A stretch of 64,000 nt of DNA from positions 853 through 64,852 of the forward strand of contig CAZYBH010000004.1 of NCBI GenBank assembly GCA_964645315.1, read 5' to 3'. Each line of letters starts with the position of its first letter. Within the stretch, counting starts at the first letter, position 1. Positions 38,368-46,614 of this stretch are shown here, piece after piece. The stretch comes from an uncultured Candidatus Saccharibacteria bacterium. Lineage in GTDB: Bacteria > Patescibacteriota > Minisyncoccia > Phycocordibacterales > PALSA-1337. Below the pieces are notes generated by a model that saw nothing but the letters and a program-made list of their open reading frames with translations, did no database searches and was not told the DNA's origin. The translations under genes and the position numbers were made by a program.

Positions 38368-38817
38368 TTACGAGCCAAAGACCTTGATTAGATCGGCACA
38401 GTATGAGACAGCTTCTTTGGTACAGGGCCCGAACTCATAGTAGTGCTTGATCATTGTAGCCGGGTTGTTGATACTATAATACCGGTCGAAATGTGGAACG
38501 GCACTTACCTTTTCCATCATTTCTTTGGCCAGTCTGTGAGCATTATCCCATGCCGCAAGTTCCCTTTTGAAAGCTTTTTCGAACTCTTTATGTGCTTCAT
38601 CGTATAGACGATATGGTACACGAGATTGTTCGGCACTTTTCTTACTAGCTTCTCTCCAGAGGTCTACATAATCCTTTAAGTCGGATTGGATCTGTGGCAC
38701 ATATTTCGCCACGATCACACTGACCTGCTTTCGAACAGATTCCCGTTCCGCACGGAAGTGAGGAATCGCAAGTAGGATGCTGAGGATGATACCAGTCTTC
38801 TCGATGTTATTTTTCAT
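38368..38817 (-). CDS. Hypothetical protein, 149 aa (N-terminal hydrophobic segment)
   Basis: ORF only; no motif recognised. Confidence 0.45.
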   Translation of the reverse strand: MKNNIEKTGIILSILLAIPHFRAERESVRKQVSVIVAKYVPQIQSDLKDYVDLWREASKKSAEQSRVPYRLYDEAHKEFEKAFKRELAAWDNAHRLAKEMMEKVSAVPHFDRYYSINNPATMIKHYYEFGPCTKEAVSYCADLIKVFGS

Positions 38818-38911
38818 AGATCAATGATTGTTGACTTTCTGTTATAAGTATAGCATAGTGTATCTTATTTGTCAACTAGACAGGGTGACAAAATATGATA
38901 ATATATATAAT

Positions 38912-39673
38912 ATGGCTATAAATAAGGATATTATAGAGTTGCAGAAGATAGGTTTTTTGGCAAATGATGCAATCGTTTACTTGAAACTTATAGAGATTGG
39001 GACCTCCAGCGCCGGGCCTATTATTACCGGTACTGCCCTTCATAGAAATGTCGTATATACGTCTTTAGACCATCTTATTAGCCGTAAACTTGTCGAAGTT
39101 AAGGAAATTAGAGGTGTAAAGACATTTTCTGCGGTCGAACCATCAGTATTGTTGACAGAATTTGATGAAAAGAAGCGGATTGCTGACAATATAGTACAGA
39201 CTTTGAGTCAGAGAATTGGTAGTAATAAACAAGAAATTACAATACATGAAGGTAATGATGAATACCTTTTATTGTTGACCAATTTGATCGGCGCAATGCC
39301 AAAATATTCAACCAAGTACGTCCTAGGCACAGGTGGCCAAGATTTTATGGACGCCACGATGATCCCTATTTGGAAAAAATACCACAAAGTCGCCCATTCT
39401 CGCGGTATATCCATAAAAATGATCGGATACGACTTGCAAAGAAAGATAATTCAATCATATACAGATTCCGAAAAGATATATGATATTCGTTACCTTCCAT
39501 CAGACCAAGAAAATCCTGCAGGTGTCCACATCTATCCAGAACTTGGTGTTGTGCTAAATATTATCTACTCAACAAAAAATACTCCAGTAACAGCTATTAA
39601 AATAAAAAACAAAGCTTTTGTAGAAAGTTATCTTTCTATGTTCAAAAATCTCTGGGAAAAGGCAATAGCTTAG
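38912..39673 (+). CDS. TrmB-family-like transcriptional regulator (wHTH N-domain + C-terminal domain)
   Basis: N-terminal ELQKIGFLANDAIVYLKLIEIGTSSAGPIITGTALHRNVVYTSLDHLISRKLVEV resembles the TrmB wHTH. Start chosen at M29 of the track ORF. Confidence 0.5.
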   Translation: MAINKDIIELQKIGFLANDAIVYLKLIEIGTSSAGPIITGTALHRNVVYTSLDHLISRKLVEVKEIRGVKTFSAVEPSVLLTEFDEKKRIADNIVQTLSQRIGSNKQEITIHEGNDEYLLLLTNLIGAMPKYSTKYVLGTGGQDFMDATMIPIWKKYHKVAHSRGISIKMIGYDLQRKIIQSYTDSEKIYDIRYLPSDQENPAGVHIYPELGVVLNIIYSTKNTPVTAIKIKNKAFVESYLSMFKNLWEKAIA

Positions 39674-39776
39674 ACAAAATAGTTTGTGTTGTTTTACTAT
39701 ATACTCAGTTAGCTATTTTGAGACTGTATGTAGCCAATTTTGCTATAAATATAAATAATGATGCTATAATCTCTCC

Positions 39777-40571
39777 ATGCGCATAATATCTTGGAATGTA
39801 AACGGCCTTCGCGCCAATATAAAAAAGGGTGGCTTTGATTGGTTTTTGAATGAAAGTCCGGATATATATTGTCTTCAGGAAGTCAAAGCGGAAGCTCAGC
39901 AATTGGAACAAAATATTGTTAAACCAGCTGGATATTTTGCCTATTTTGATCATTCAAAAGGTCGCAAAGGATATAGCGGAGTGGCTGTATACAGCAAAGT
40001 TGAACCAAAAAAGGTCGAATATGGCATGGGCAAACAGGATTACGATCAAGAAGGACGATTTTTGGCTCTATTTTTCGAAAAAAATGCTTTTGGAAATGGT
40101 ATGGATAAGTTCGTCTTACTCAATGTCTACTTCCCCAATGGTGGTGGAGGTCCAGATAGATTGAAATTTAAGCTCGAGTATTATGATCATTTCCTAGAAT
40201 ACATAAATAATCTTCGCAAAGATGGATACGAGATTATTTTTTGTGGTGATGTAAATACGGCTCATATGGAGATAGATCTCGCTAGGCCAAAGGAAAATGT
40301 AGACAATACAGGCTTTCTACCTATCGAACGTGCGTGGTTGGATAGGGTTGTGAACTCAGGATATGTTGACGTTTTTCGCCATTTTTTTCCAAAAGATGTT
40401 GGAAAATATACATACTGGGATATGAAAACCTTTGCTCGTGAAAGAAATGTTGGCTGGCGTATAGATTATTTCTTTGTAACGCCAGAAATTCTCAAAAAAG
40501 TGCGAAATACCAAGATTCTTGAACATGTTATGGGGAGCGATCATTGCCCTATTTATTTGGAACTTAGGTAG
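39777..40571 (+). CDS. xth: Exodeoxyribonuclease III (AP endonuclease, Xth family)
   Basis: MRIISWNVNGLRA N-terminus; LQEVK; catalytic C-terminal GSDHCPIYLEL; 264 aa. Confidence 0.93.
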   Translation: MRIISWNVNGLRANIKKGGFDWFLNESPDIYCLQEVKAEAQQLEQNIVKPAGYFAYFDHSKGRKGYSGVAVYSKVEPKKVEYGMGKQDYDQEGRFLALFFEKNAFGNGMDKFVLLNVYFPNGGGGPDRLKFKLEYYDHFLEYINNLRKDGYEIIFCGDVNTAHMEIDLARPKENVDNTGFLPIERAWLDRVVNSGYVDVFRHFFPKDVGKYTYWDMKTFARERNVGWRIDYFFVTPEILKKVRNTKILEHVMGSDHCPIYLELR

Positions 40572-41167
40572 GTTAGGAGCATAGCAAATGTTAGTTTTTC
40601 AGACACGCGAAGTCTTGCAAGACTTTGCTCTGTTTCGGAAATTTCTTGCTAGAAATTTCCTGCAAACGGTCTTCAAAACCAACATTTGCAATGCCGATTA
40701 CTCACTGAATTAGTCGTAAAGAATTAGAAGTAAAAAACCGCGTGGAGCGCAGTCTAGGAAAGACTGGTCACGCGGTTTATAGTCTTCCCGAAAGAAGACG
40801 AAAGGGACCAAAGAACAAGGGGTACGAAAACCCTGTGGCCATAAATGAATAGGCCATTTCCTGACAAGACGATTCCTAATGGGAGATCAAACGCATTGCT
40901 ACTCTACATGCTGTGCTCTCCAGATTGGAGGCAATTTTTTTATTGAGAGAGAATGTTTGACCTTTGACCCCGAGCAATCGAACGTCGGAAAAAAGTTTCG
41001 GAAAGACTTCGAACGGAGTATGAAGCCTACCACACACATTTTCCAAAGAACATTTTCATCTGATTGTGGAACTTTAAAAACAAATATATTTTTATTTTCA
41101 AAATTCCACAATCTCCTCGGTCGATGAACTTGTCTGGGTATATTTTATGTCCTTAATAAAAAAGTGT

Positions 41168-41207
41168 AAAGGACATACTGTGGATAACTCAAAATATTGT
41201 GTCCTTT
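41168..41207. terminator. Hairpin AAAGGACA-N24-TGTCCTTT (candidate cca terminator on the - strand) carrying a perfect DnaA box TGTGGATAA in its loop
   Basis: 8-bp stem; on the - strand it is followed by a T-run. The loop contains TGTGGATAA (41179-41187). Confidence 0.4.
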
Positions 41208-41263
41208 ATATATTTGAATTTTGACTTTTATTTTGTTAGCCAAAAATACCCTTATTTATAGGC

Positions 41264-42748
41264 TTATTTTACTCTATGCTTTTGTCTTATTTCTTCCAAC
41301 TCTTTTTCTTCTGCTTGATATTTTTTATTTTTTCCTGCTTCAGATAGTTTTATTAATTCATCATTTTCCATTTTATTGAGATCAATTGCTCTATTGGATA
41401 AATATTCTTCAGTATTAAGTTTTGGATCTTCCAATACTTCTTCCATTAGAGCATTAAGTATGTATCCGATTTTCGGACCTGGTTGAATATTGAGCTTGTC
41501 CATAATCATTTTTCCGTCAATTCTTAGCATTTTTACGGAAATTGGGTCTCTTAAGGCCTCCTCTATCATTGCGTGGTACTTCCTAAGTCTATATGGGTCT
41601 TCTTTTGGTCTACCTGTACCGATTCTATCGCAAATCCTTAGATTCATTAGGTCCCAGATATTTTCAGGTCCAACGTTTACAATCATTCTTCTTACAGCTG
41701 ATAGGGTAATATGCTCGGTATCAGCAAAAAACATGTGCCAACGCACCATTTTTACAACTTTTTCTATTGTTCCACGTGAAAACTTCATTCTTTCAAGTAT
41801 TTTGCGTGTTTCACGTGAACCAACTATTTCATGGCCATAAAACGTCGGTTGATTTGTTACACGTGAAAAACCTTTAGTTTTTGGCTTTCCTATATCGTGA
41901 AATAGGGCAGAAAGCCTCATTTCTAGGTTATACCCCTTATCGGCAGAATGCTGTAATGTTCTAAGTAAATGTTCCCAAACGTCATAAGAGTGCGCTTGGG
42001 GTTGAATAACACCCTTTCCAATTTCGAGCTCAGGTGCAATATATTGGAGCAGACCGAATACACTAAGCATTTCTAGGCCTAGTTTCGGTTGATCGGACAT
42101 TATAATTCGTGAAAATTCGTCCCTCACTCTTTCCATAGAGACCTCTTTAATCAATGAATTATGGCTCTGTATAGCCAAAACCGTATCTTTGTTACACGTG
42201 AAATCTAGTTCTACAGATAGTCTGACCGCACGCATCATCCTAAGAGCATCTTCATTGAATCTTTCCAAAGGATCACCAACTGTCCTTAAAATTTTTGCGT
42301 TCATGTCTGATATGCCTCCGTAAAGGTCTATAACGTCCTTTATTGCTCCATTGGACAAACTTATGGCAATGGCATTGATTGTGAAATCTCTACGCTTCAA
42401 ATCGTCGTTAATCGAGTCGCTGAATTTGACTTGATCAGGATGTCTTCGATCTGAATATGTTGTCTCCGTTCTATAAGGAGTAATCTCAACAATTTTTAGA
42501 CTTTCATCCTCGGTATTTTCATTTACTACAGCTACGGTACCGAATACATTTTCGTATACTGTTTTTGGAAATAGACTTTGTATGGCTTCGGGCTTAGCAT
42601 TTGTCGTAATATCCCAGTCTTTTGGCTTCTTGCCCAAAAATATATCTCTTACACAACCACCGACCAAATAAGCCTGAAAACCAGCGTTTTCAAGGGTTTT
42701 AACGCAATTTACTATCTCATTTGGAATGGCCTGTTCGTTCCTATTCAT
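41264..42748 (-). CDS. cca: CCA-adding tRNA nucleotidyltransferase with HD domain
   Basis: N-terminal Pol-beta NT motif GGCVRDIFLGKKPKDWDITT; RxxRxxRF-type region; C-terminal HD motif (HSYDVWEHL, LFHDIGKP). Confidence 0.88.
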   Translation of the reverse strand: MNRNEQAIPNEIVNCVKTLENAGFQAYLVGGCVRDIFLGKKPKDWDITTNAKPEAIQSLFPKTVYENVFGTVAVVNENTEDESLKIVEITPYRTETTYSDRRHPDQVKFSDSINDDLKRRDFTINAIAISLSNGAIKDVIDLYGGISDMNAKILRTVGDPLERFNEDALRMMRAVRLSVELDFTCNKDTVLAIQSHNSLIKEVSMERVRDEFSRIIMSDQPKLGLEMLSVFGLLQYIAPELEIGKGVIQPQAHSYDVWEHLLRTLQHSADKGYNLEMRLSALFHDIGKPKTKGFSRVTNQPTFYGHEIVGSRETRKILERMKFSRGTIEKVVKMVRWHMFFADTEHITLSAVRRMIVNVGPENIWDLMNLRICDRIGTGRPKEDPYRLRKYHAMIEEALRDPISVKMLRIDGKMIMDKLNIQPGPKIGYILNALMEEVLEDPKLNTEEYLSNRAIDLNKMENDELIKLSEAGKNKKYQAEEKELEEIRQKHRVK

Positions 42749-42803
42749 TTTGTGATTTTACAATAGTTTGGGATTTTATCAAAGTTATTGTAGTATTGAC
42801 TTA

Positions 42804-42875
42804 CGCCCTCGTGGTGAAATGGATATCACATCGGTCTTCGGAACCGCTATTGGGGGTTCGAATCCCTCCGAGGGC
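42804..42875 (+). tRNA. tRNA-Arg (anticodon TCG)
   Basis: Manual cloverleaf: acceptor GCCCTCG/CGAGGGC; D-arm GTGA-AATGGATA-TCAC; anticodon loop CTTCGGA; T-arm GGGGG-TTCGAAT-CCCTC; discriminator A; CCA not encoded. Confidence 0.75.
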
Positions 42876-43027
42876 ACATTTTTAACGTATTGATAAAATA
42901 ATAGTAAATAGCACGTACTATTAGTTTTTGTTATATAAATAAAAAAACATTTGTAAAAAAATAATATTAGGTTATACTAGGTCATTATAGTTTGTAGGGA
43001 ATTGTAAGGAGACCTACAAATATTAAT

Positions 43028-43098
43028 GCGGGTATAGTTTAGTGGTAGAACGTATCGTTGCCAACGATAAGATGGGAGTTCGATTCTCCCTACCCGCA
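43028..43098 (+). tRNA. tRNA-Gly (anticodon GCC)
   Basis: Acceptor GCGGGTA/TACCCGC; anticodon stem TATCG/CGATA; loop TTGCCAA; T-arm GGGAG-TTCGATT-CTCCC. Confidence 0.88.
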
Positions 43099-43226
43099 CA
43101 GGAATAAATCAAATTGGTCTTTTTCTTATTCACATCGTGAAAATGTGGTTAATTGTTCTATAGTCCTTGAAATATGGCTATAAATATAGGAATTATTATT
43201 CCTATACTCAAAACTAACAGACAACT

Positions 43227-43246
43227 GTGGATAACTTTGTGGATTA
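43227..43246 (+). promoter_or_regulatory. Pair of DnaA boxes (TGTGGATAA perfect, TGTGGATTA one mismatch) in direct orientation, 11 bp apart, upstream of yraN
   Basis: Exact consensus 9-mer at 43227-43235 and a near-consensus at 43238-43246, about 30-50 nt upstream of the yraN ATG. Confidence 0.4.
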
Positions 43247-43276
43247 TGTTAATAAAAGACGGCTTTTATGGCTTAA

Positions 43277-43672
43277 ATGCGTAGAATTTTGAATAGAAAT
43301 ACACATGAAAAGGGTATTATTGGAGAGAAAATAGCCTCAAAATACTTGATAAATAAGGGTTATTCTATAATTGATCGAAATTTTCGAAAAAGATGGGGTG
43401 AAATAGACATTATTGCTAATAAGGACAGCGTGATCCATTTTATAGAGGTCAAAAGCATCATAGACAATGAAAAAACTGAAGGGGATATACATAGACCAGA
43501 AGATAATGTTAGCGGCAGGAAAATTCATAAAATACGCCGGATGGTCGAGACTTATTTTGATGAAAAAATAAAAGACACTAGCCAGAATTTTGCTTTTCAT
43601 GTAATCTGTGTATACTTGAATTTCGTAAAGAGAAAGGCAAGGATAAAGATGATAGAGAATATTATCCTATGA
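43277..43672 (+). CDS. yraN: YraN-family (UPF0102) predicted endonuclease
   Basis: GEKIASKYLINKGYSIIDRNFRKRWGEIDIIANKDSVIHFIEVKS matches the YraN core (G-E-A-YL-G--IL-RN-R---GEID-IA----V-FVEVK). Confidence 0.75.
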   Translation: MRRILNRNTHEKGIIGEKIASKYLINKGYSIIDRNFRKRWGEIDIIANKDSVIHFIEVKSIIDNEKTEGDIHRPEDNVSGRKIHKIRRMVETYFDEKIKDTSQNFAFHVICVYLNFVKRKARIKMIENIIL

Positions 43673-43691
43673 TATGTTAGGATAATACAAA

Positions 43692-43764
43692 CGGAGCGTG
43701 GTGTAACGGCTAACATTCCTCTTTTGGGAAGAGGCGACTCCGGGTTCGAATCCCGGCGCTCCGA
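43692..43764 (+). tRNA. tRNA-Pro (anticodon TGG)
   Basis: Acceptor CGGAGCG/CGCTCCG; D-loop with GG; anticodon stem CCTCT/AGAGG; loop TTTGGGA; T-arm CCGGG-TTCGAAT-CCCGG; discriminator A. Confidence 0.85.
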
Positions 43765-43835
43765 CAAGAAAGTCCAAAGTTTTGGTAATCTTTGTCTATT
43801 AATTGTTTTGAAATAGTGAAAAGTGCAAAGTTTGC

Positions 43836-44288
43836 ATGCAAATATGTTATTATTTAATCATGATTAGGAAAGTAATTAATTTTTTTGATAAATTTGAAGA
43901 TTATGTTAGGGGGCATCTAAGTCGTTATCCTATCGCTTATACGATGATTGGCGGTGTAGCGATCGTGCTGTTTTGGAGAGGGGTTTGGCATACTGCCGAT
44001 CTATTGCAAGAGAAGGGAGGTTGGTTGGGTTGGTTATTTTATGAGCCTACAAATCTAGCTATTGTTACGATTATTCTTCTTGCTACTGGTCTATTTGTCT
44101 CTTATTTTATCGGAGATACGATACTTATGAGTGGAATGAGGGGGGAAAAGAAGATTGCTGATAAGACCGAAAGGGAAATAAGGGAAGAAGAGGAAGAACT
44201 AAAAAAGATTCAAGATACAATAAAGGTTATAGAAAAGGACGTAGAAGCTATAAAGGAGGCGGTTATCGGTGGAGAAAAAAAGGTTTAG
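43836..44288 (+). CDS. Small membrane protein (2-3 TM) with a charged coiled-coil C-terminus
   Basis: Hydrophobic helices IAYTMIGGVAIVLFW and LAIVTIILLATGLFVSYFI; EEEEELKK tail. The start may be at a downstream Met (MIRKV). Confidence 0.45.
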   Translation: MQICYYLIMIRKVINFFDKFEDYVRGHLSRYPIAYTMIGGVAIVLFWRGVWHTADLLQEKGGWLGWLFYEPTNLAIVTIILLATGLFVSYFIGDTILMSGMRGEKKIADKTEREIREEEEELKKIQDTIKVIEKDVEAIKEAVIGGEKKV

Positions 44289-44345
44289 TTTGTTTTGCTG
44301 AATTTATGATATAATAGCAGTTATTCAACTCTATTTTGTTCATAA

Positions 44346-45008
44346 ATGCACAAGCAATTAATTAAAGAAAAGGCGATAGAATTGAGAAAACAAGGTAATT
44401 CCTTTGCCTTTATCTCTTCAAAATTAAATATTGCAAAAAGTACGTTAAGCATTTGGCTTAAAGGAATTAATTTTATGCCAAATGAAGCTTATGTAAATAA
44501 TGTTTTGCGTAATACCCAAAAACTCGTTGAAATAAAGAGGGTCGATAAAATGGCTTCACTAAGAGCGGCGCGTTTATATGCTGACACAAGTGTTGGTAAA
44601 ACCGATAAAAGAGATAACTTTATATTTGGACTGGGTATTTATCTTGGTGAAGGGAGTAAGTCAGACATAAGAATTTCTAATTCAGATCCAAGAATAATAA
44701 AATTTTCAATAAATTGGTTTAAAGAACATTTTGGCCTAACAGACAGCAATTTTCGTATTAGGCTACATATTTATCCAGATAAAGATAAAACCGAACTTAT
44801 TGAATTCTGGAGTAAGGCTGTTGACTTAAGCGAGAAGTATTTTTTTGATTGTTACGTAGATATACGCACGAACAAGAAGAAAGATAGACGAGGGATTTTG
44901 CCGTATGGAACTGCTCATCTAAGTATTGTAAGTAATGGTAATAAAAACTTCGGCGTCTTGTTACACAGGAAAATTATTGCTAGTATTGATCGAGTTCTTC
45001 AATTGTAG
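44346..45008 (+). CDS. HTH-domain protein with a LAGLIDADG-like motif (possible free-standing homing-endonuclease-like gene) embedded in the tRNA cluster
   Basis: N-terminal HTH-like LRKQGNSFAFISSKLNIAKSTLSIWLKG; central FIFGLGIYLGEGSK resembles LAGLIDADG (LAG-IDGDGS). Flanked by tRNA genes on both sides. Confidence 0.35.
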   Translation: MHKQLIKEKAIELRKQGNSFAFISSKLNIAKSTLSIWLKGINFMPNEAYVNNVLRNTQKLVEIKRVDKMASLRAARLYADTSVGKTDKRDNFIFGLGIYLGEGSKSDIRISNSDPRIIKFSINWFKEHFGLTDSNFRIRLHIYPDKDKTELIEFWSKAVDLSEKYFFDCYVDIRTNKKKDRRGILPYGTAHLSIVSNGNKNFGVLLHRKIIASIDRVLQL

Positions 45009-45015
45009 GGTATTT

Positions 45016-45089
45016 GCGGGTATGGTTTAGTGGTAGAATGACACACTTCCAATGTGTAGACGGGAGTTCGATTCTCCCTACCCGCACCA
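45016..45089 (+). tRNA. tRNA-Gly (anticodon TCC), 3' CCA encoded
   Basis: Acceptor GCGGGTA/TACCCGC; anticodon stem ACACA/TGTGT; loop CTTCCAA; T-arm GGGAG-TTCGATT-CTCCC; ACCA at the 3' end. Confidence 0.88.
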
Positions 45090-45091
45090 AT

Positions 45092-45130
45092 AAGCAAACC
45101 GTCCCTAGATAAACTAGGGACGGTTTGCTT
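45092..45130 (+). terminator. Intrinsic terminator after tRNA-Gly(TCC)
   Basis: Perfect hairpin GCAAACCGTCCCTAG-ataaa-CTAGGGACGGTTTGC followed by a T-rich tract. Confidence 0.7.
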
Positions 45131-45232
45131 TGTATTATAGATATAATTCGTCACGATTAATCGTTTAATCACAAAAACACACAAATAACCGTTATCATGT
45201 ATAATAATAAAGTTAATAATTAACTAATCATA

Positions 45233-45778
45233 ATGGATTATTATATTGGTGCGTTTAATAAGTATGCGGTGTTTAGTGGAAGAGCTACAAGGAAAGAGTA
45301 TTGGATGTTTATTTTGATAAACTCCATAATAACGGTAGCCCTTTCTTTTTTATTCGATAATATTAAAGGTCTAGCTTTCATACCTACTATCTATGGTTTG
45401 GCTACACTAATTCCAATATTGGCAATTGGTTGCAGAAGACTTCATGATGTTGGTAAGTCAGGTTGGTGGCTTCTAATAATGTTGGTTCCTTTTATTGGAA
45501 GTTTAGTATTGCTTGTGTTCGCTGTTATGGATAGTCAAACTGGTACAAATAAATACGGACCAAATCCGAAGGGTGAAGGTTATGTACAAAAGAGTGCTGG
45601 AGGACTAATTGCATTAGTGATTTCAGTCTATGTTATTGGAATTGCTATTATGGTTATACTTGTCAGTGTTGTATTTGCTGCTCTTTCGGAATCAAGAAAT
45701 GCAAAGAGTGCTGGTAGCGGGGCAATAGAGAAGCAAGTTCAGCAAGAAATTCAACAAAAGCTCGAATCAAATAAGTAA
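45233..45778 (+). CDS. DUF805 family inner-membrane protein
   Basis: FSGRATRKEYWMFILIN ... GCRRLHDVGKSGWWLL: the diagnostic DUF805 motifs (GR-xR-EYW, RRLHD-G-SGWW). Confidence 0.75.
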   Translation: MDYYIGAFNKYAVFSGRATRKEYWMFILINSIITVALSFLFDNIKGLAFIPTIYGLATLIPILAIGCRRLHDVGKSGWWLLIMLVPFIGSLVLLVFAVMDSQTGTNKYGPNPKGEGYVQKSAGGLIALVISVYVIGIAIMVILVSVVFAALSESRNAKSAGSGAIEKQVQQEIQQKLESNK

Positions 45779-45822
45779 GAAGCATAAATACATAAGTCTG
45801 ACATATGTATGTTGATCAAAAC

Positions 45823-45853
45823 AAAATCCCCGAGAAAGGGGATTTTGTTTTTC
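45823..45853. terminator. Bidirectional intrinsic terminator between the DUF805 gene (+) and hup (-)
   Basis: AAAATCCCC-gagaaa-GGGGATTTT followed by GTTTTTC. Confidence 0.65.
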
Positions 45854-45887
45854 TTATATATAAGAACTAAAATAGGCTGTAAGAGTG

Positions 45888-46160
45888 TTATTTTACAGCG
45901 TCCTTTAGAGCCTTTGCGGCACGGAACTTAGGAACTTTCATTGCTGGGACTTTGATTGTTTCACCAGTGCGAGGATTTCGGGCTTCGCGAGCAGCTCTCT
46001 GCTTGACTGAGAAGATACCGAGACCAGCGATAGATACTTCATCACCCTTCTTTAGGGAGTCGATGACTGAATTGATAACTGCTTCTACGGCCTGTTCTGC
46101 TTGGACCTTTGTGCTTCCAAGAACTGCGTGAACTGCATCAACAATACTTGCTTTGTTCAT
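45888..46160 (-). CDS. hup: Nucleoid-associated DNA-binding protein HU
   Basis: MNKASIVDAV...GDEVSIAGLGIFSVKQRAAREARNPRTGETIKVPAMKVPKFRAAKALKDAV: the canonical HU/IHF fold signature (GFGxF, RNPxTGE). Confidence 0.95.
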   Translation of the reverse strand: MNKASIVDAVHAVLGSTKVQAEQAVEAVINSVIDSLKKGDEVSIAGLGIFSVKQRAAREARNPRTGETIKVPAMKVPKFRAAKALKDAVK

Positions 46161-46544
46161 TTGTTTATTTATTATCTATTAATTTTTAATGGTCTCGATC
46201 ATATTCATAAAACAATGAACCTGAATCGAGTTTCGTACCACGGCATAATTATATAATAAGCCATTTTTTAAGCAACAGGTAACTGTGAGTTGACATATTA
46301 GATAAATATTGTTACAATTCTATAAGAAATTTTAAATTGTTGTATTTGAGGTGAGGGGTGCCAGGTGGTAAATCTTCTGAGTCGACGAGTCCGATTTCGC
46401 TGAGTTTTTTCCTTGTGGAAAGTTGATCCGGCGAACAGGATTTTTAAATTCACGACACAATGATGAAAACACCTCGTCCTTGCCCATGCCCTGGATGACG
46501 AATCGCAGGGCTTACCTCAAATATTGCAATTTAGTAAAATTAAC

Positions 46545-46571
46545 AAAAAACACCATTTCACGGTGTTTTTT
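46545..46571. terminator. Intrinsic terminator downstream of rny (-); may also close a + strand transcript
   Basis: AAAAAACACC-atttcac-GGTGTTTTTT: a perfect stem flanked by A- and T-runs, bidirectional in form. Confidence 0.65.
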
Positions 46572-46614
46572 GTTTATAATTGTTATTCTACTTGGCTTTA
46601 CCTTCTTGAAGACC

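Noticed and set aside
40879-41127. ORFs of 82 aa (+) and 70 aa (-) in the xth-cca spacer
   Set aside because: They have no RBS, their Cys/His-rich composition is odd, and they overlap each other in a hairpin-dense region. Non-coding RNA or plain spacer is more likely.
40572-41160. Specific identities tested by eye for the structured spacer: tmRNA, RNase P RNA, SRP RNA
   Set aside because: There is no tRNA-like T-loop (GGTTCGANTCC) and no GGGG…CCACCA termini for tmRNA. The AGGAAAGACTGG segment is closed locally by CCGCGTG/CACGCGG, so it cannot form the long-range P4 helix of RNase P RNA. There is no GGAAGGAAGCAGCC-type SRP domain IV motif. Only a generic ncRNA candidate is retained.
41179-41187. 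A single perfect DnaA box as evidence for a second origin
   Set aside because: About 0.5 perfect consensus 9-mers are expected by chance in 64 kb on both strands. No AT-rich unwinding element and no clustering are present there.
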